NCBI RefSeq assembly: GCF_020745735.1
Contig: NC_083414.1
Coordinates: 28,582,001-28,646,000, forward strand
Source of the DNA: Hemiscyllium ocellatum
Taxonomy: Eukaryota
Length of the DNA: 64,000 nucleotides
Direction of reading: 5' to 3'
The notes beneath the pieces were generated by a model that saw only the letters and a program-made list of their open reading frames with translations, did no database searches and had not been told where the DNA came from. How positions within the stretch are numbered: the stretch's first letter is position 1; the number at the start of each line of letters is the position of its first letter. The translations under genes were made by a program, and so were the position numbers. This document shows positions 59,656-64,000 of the stretch, piece after piece.

Positions 59656-62199
59656 TAATTTCTTTTACAATTTTATCTTTCATATCCCATTTCTGTTTCC
59701 CTTTGATCTTTAAGTAAACTGAACTGAATATTTACTTTGCAAACATTGATTCAAACCTAGGAGTGATTAAATTAAAAATTAATCTATTGTGTAGTCAGTA
59801 GGAATATTTTTAAGCGTAGACTTTGGACCTTTTTCCCAAGATACATGTTTTAAATGGGTATGTTTTATTCCTTAAATACTTGCACTAAAATAGTTTTTCT
59901 GTTGTTTAAAAAGAGGAACTGTCCTTACTATATGAACCCTGATGATCCTTGAAGTAAATGCTGGATCAATGATGAGCCTCACATGGGATGGTCAATAAAA
60001 TAGTTTAATTGATAGTTGTGGGGATGACTAGGGAAACCAATAAACCCGGTTAAATATGTTAAGCAAGAACAGCTTTGATATCATAACATAATCTATTAAT
60101 ATTCATTTAATACCTCATGTGTAATCATTTGAGTGAGGTACATGAAGGTTGTTTGCAGAAAGGTGCTTTTCCACCACCTCACTATAAAAGGGGAGAAAAA
60201 GTGTCCAATTATTTATTATGCTTTGTTCTTCTTCTTCTTCCTGCAGTTAATTATTGTCCAAACATGTGGATCTGCTGACCATAAAACTACTTGCCATTAT
60301 GTATCTTCATATATAAGTTCAATGAGCCTAAGCAGACACCCATCAAATTTTGAATCTGGATTCATATATCACTAGAGTACTTTAGCATACAGTATATTCA
60401 CATTATTTCCCAACTAAGTTGTATTCACACCAAGCACTCATTTCACTTCTTGAGCCGACATTAATTTGAGCTGTTATTTGTCAAGTCAGCATTGTCCAAC
60501 CGTTTATTTATCTCAAAGAGACTGAAACAAACACAAATTGCCTTCAGTGAAACAACACCACTTTCCCAAGTGATTAGTTTTTAATAAGCATCAATTAAGG
60601 AATTATTCCAGGTCATTTGCAGGAGAAAACATTGATAGGTGGTGCAATTAGATTATTTTAATTCTTTGGAATTATGTTAACAAGCACCATGGACCTCATA
60701 TTAACTTTACCAAACCAAATGCAATTGTTAACCAATTAAATCGAGAAGGATCCCTCTGAGAAAAAAGCCAGCCTATTGATCTGAGTTGAATTGTAATGTG
60801 ATATCTAATAGTTCTGTCCAAAGAAATTATAAAAATGTACATGTTGGCCAATTAATTCCAGCCTTCTAGTGTTCAAGACATATTCAAAATCCCCAAATTC
60901 CCTAGCATTTGTCTTTACAGATAAAATATGCTATCTATTTAAGAAAACTGGTTTCTCAAGTTATTAGTGGTTCACTGTTATACTTCAATAGAAAGGAGGG
61001 AATCCAACAATCTGAGAAAAATCTAGGAAGGTGTGCTTAAATCTTTCATTTCAAAAGTGCTGCTCTAAATATCCAATGAGATTGGATAATGTATTTTGTG
61101 TCTAAACATGCCTGCAGCTCTCAAAACATTAACATGGCCTCAGGTTTCCGTGTATGTACCATGAGTTGCATTTTTATCTCAGAGATGGGAACTGAGAGAT
61201 GAGTCATTTCCCATTGTCACGATTCTGCTTCCATCACAGGGAATCAGAATTTTCTGGCAGCTGTAACTTCCAAGTTGAAATAGATGGGATTTTTCACTTC
61301 GTGGAGTGGTGTGGGCAATGGTGCGGACTGTAGGGAAATGTGGCGTAAATGAAACAAATCAGAATCTTGACATTAAGAAAAGAAATTCTGATATTCCTCT
61401 TAAGGATTAAATAGTAAGTCCAGAATTTTGCAATTGTGTGGTGATTACCTAATATCCATGCACTTATACCTCATTATTTGCCCAATTTACATCATTTCTA
61501 CGCACCTTCTGGTTCTTCTCTCCTTCCTTGAGAAGCTAGACAGTGCCAATTTCTGACATTAATGTCAGAGCGGGTACCTGACGGCCCAGCCCTTCATCCA
61601 ACTCTGTCATAATCCCCCTGCTAGCTGCATGGGCAGTATCTTCCTCCACCTTTCATCCACTGAAGGCAGCATCAACATTAACAAACCACCAACCTCATCA
61701 CATCTTCAAGGCGGTTCTCAGACAAACTCAGTCTTTCAGGATTTTACTTTGACGTTTAGGGACAGTTATGACTTGCGTACTATTGCCAGGTTATTTGTGC
61801 GCAGGGACACATATTCATCGCATGCGTCTATGGCTCTTGGCTTCATTCCTTAGCGTCAGTCACTTTGCATTTACTTGGAGGCCAACAGCCTCTGTGTCTT
61901 GCTCTTTTTTTAGTTTAGAGAGAGGGTTTACAGAACTGAATATTCAAGAAGGTGGACTGGATGTCACCATGCTATATCACTGTCACATCTGCAGTATGTA
62001 CCAACATCTTATAGGCTTTGCTGAATAGCCATGTCTGTAAGTCAAAGAGGACCAGGCTCTGCTGGGTCAGAGATGATTATGGTTGGCCATAGTCAGTCAA
62101 GGTCCAATTATAGTCCAGGGAGTTGGCCATAGTCAAATAGACACTTGGTCTTATTAGAGTCTTGAGGTCCATGTCTTCGCAATCTGGAAATTGCCAGTC

Positions 62200-62347
62200 C
62201 TAGGAGATAGTGAGGACTGCAGATGCTGGAGAGTCAGAGTTGATAAAGTGTGGTGCTGGAAAAGGCACAGCAGGTCAGGAAGCATTTGAGGAGCTAGAGA
62301 GTTGATGTTTCGGGGATAACCCTTCATCAGGATGAAGGGCTATGCTC
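62200..62347 (-). mobile_element. family B arm with tail and a very short inverted arm; mutated hammerhead
   Basis: ctaggagatagtgaggactgcagatgctgga tail; gtttcggggataacccttcatcagga then gatgaagggctatgctc. Confidence 0.75.
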
Positions 62348-62541
62348 ACAGTCAGTCCTGCCAGTCAAGTACAACTATTCAGGGTGCTGTCCACTGCAGG
62401 TACTGCAGAGACATCAGTCAGGAGAGTGGGGCAATAATTTTCTGCAATAAACCAGAGAGAGGGACTGCATATGTTGGCAGTGGATGGAAGATCTGGTAGT
62501 GGTGATGCAAGAACAGGAAAAGAACTGAGGTGTCCACAGTG

Positions 62542-64000
62542 TCATAGAGGCCAATATCCCTCCAAACCATTCCTTTGTATGTACCTGAACAAATGTCTTT
62601 TAAATGTTATAATTGTACCTGCCTCTACCATTCCCTCTGGCAACCCAGTCCATATATGCACCACCATTTGTGTGAAAAAGTTGCCCCCTCAGGTCCCTTT
62701 TAAATCTTTCCCCTCTCACTTTAAAGTTATGCCCTCTAACTTTGAACTCCACTACCCTGGAGAAAAGACATTATGATTTCCCTTACCTATTCCCCTTATG
62801 ATTTTATACACCTTTATAGGGTCACCCCTCAACCTCCTATGCTCAAGGAACAAAATCTCAGCTTATCCTGCCTCTCCTTACCTTCTAGCCTCTTCAAGTC
62901 TCGGCAACATGCTTGTAAATTGTTATTGTACCTTCTCCACTTAAATAATATCCTTCCTGTAGCAGAGTGACCAGAATTGTACGCAGTACTCTAAATGTGG
63001 CCTTGCCAATGTCTTGTAGTAACAATTCATCCCAACTATTGTACTCTGTGCTCTGACCGATGAAGACAAGCTTGCCAAATGCTTTTCTTTACCACCCTAT
63101 ATACCTGTGATGCTACTTACAAGAAACTATGTACCTGCATTCCACATCTCTCTGTTCAACCACATTCTCCACTGTCCTCCTATTATCTTTTGTTAATTCT
63201 GGCCTGGTTTGTCTTACCAAAAAGCAATATCTCGCATTTATTGGAATTAAACTCCATCTGCTAAGCCTCAACCCATGGTCCAGCTGGTCACGATCCTGTT
63301 GTAGTCTTAGATAATCTTCTTCACTATCCATTATATCACCAATTTTGGTGCAACCTAATCATACATAGTGGCTCAGCGGTTGGCATTACTGCATCAGGGA
63401 CCTGGGTTCAAATCCAGCTTTGGAGGACTATCTGTGTCGAGGTTGTACATTCTCCTTGTGTCTGTGTGGGTTTCCTCTGGGTGCTCCAGTTTCCTCCCAC
63501 AGTCCAAAGATGTCCAGGTGGCCATGCTAAATTGCTCACGGTGTCCTGGGATCTATAGATTAGGTGGATTAGCCATGAGAAATCCAGGGTTACAGGGATA
63601 GAGTAGGGGTCAGGTCCGGGTTCGATTCTCTTCAGTGGATTGGCATGGACTTGGTAGGTCAAAAGGTCTGCTTCCACACTGTAGGGATTCAATTATTTTA
63701 TGTCCCCTATATTCTCATCCAAATCGTTTATATAAATGACATCCAACAGTGGATCCAGCACTGATCCTTGTGGCATACTGATGGTCATTGGTCTTCAGTC
63801 TGAATGACAACTCTCTTATCACCACCCTCTGTCTGCTACTATCAAGTCAGTTTTGTATCCCTAAATCTCATGTGATCAAAACTTACTAACCGGTTTACCA
63901 TGCGGAACCTTGTCGAAGGTCTTGCTAAAGTTTAAGTGGACAACATCTAATGCTCTGCCCTCATCTATCTTCTTGGTCACCTGTTCAACAAACTCAATCA
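62542..64000 (-). mobile_element. CR1 fragment running off the window, with nested SINE
   Basis: minus DSEEDYLRLQQDRDQL; FDKVPHG at about 63900. Confidence 0.85.
63365..63690 (+). mobile_element. HE1-type V-SINE inserted in CR1
   Basis: tggctcagcggttggc A box, ggttcaaatcc B box, V-domain, ccacactgtagggattc end. Confidence 0.85.

Noticed and set aside
61560-62030. Possible Harbinger-type transposase remnant (ARLFVRRDTY)
   Set aside because: Too degenerate; no catalytic motifs or TIRs could be supported
27452-64000. Fibulin-1D-like alternative terminal exons or a second host gene such as WNT7A
   Set aside because: No matching peptide recognised in the ORF track or by eye; short exons could have been missed

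Overview
Vertebrate genomic DNA, almost certainly from a cartilaginous fish (shark). The evidence is HE1-type V-SINEs, abundant CR1/HER1-type LINE fragments and a Deu-domain SINE; the species cannot be determined from the sequence. The + strand carries the last seven coding exons of a fibulin-2 (FBLN2) gene (1727-27451: calcium-binding EGF modules plus the C-terminal fibulin domain), then a 3' UTR to about 28760. The remainder is repeat-rich intergenic DNA with CR1 and L2 LINEs, decayed Ty3/Gypsy remnants and Penelope-like elements (PLEs). Two features stand out. (1) A 42-bp tandem array copies the 5' splice site of the penultimate FBLN2 exon four times. Any downstream copy exposes an in-frame stop, and the nearest copy is predicted to escape NMD and give a protein lacking domain III. 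(2) Fold-back PLE-derived mini-elements from three sequence families share one layout: two inverted arms, minimal hammerhead ribozyme cores, and a 34-38 nt unpaired tail on one arm only. Five of them have clear 9-19 bp target-site duplications. Repeat boundaries were read by eye and are approximate; exon, TSD and ribozyme coordinates were counted directly.
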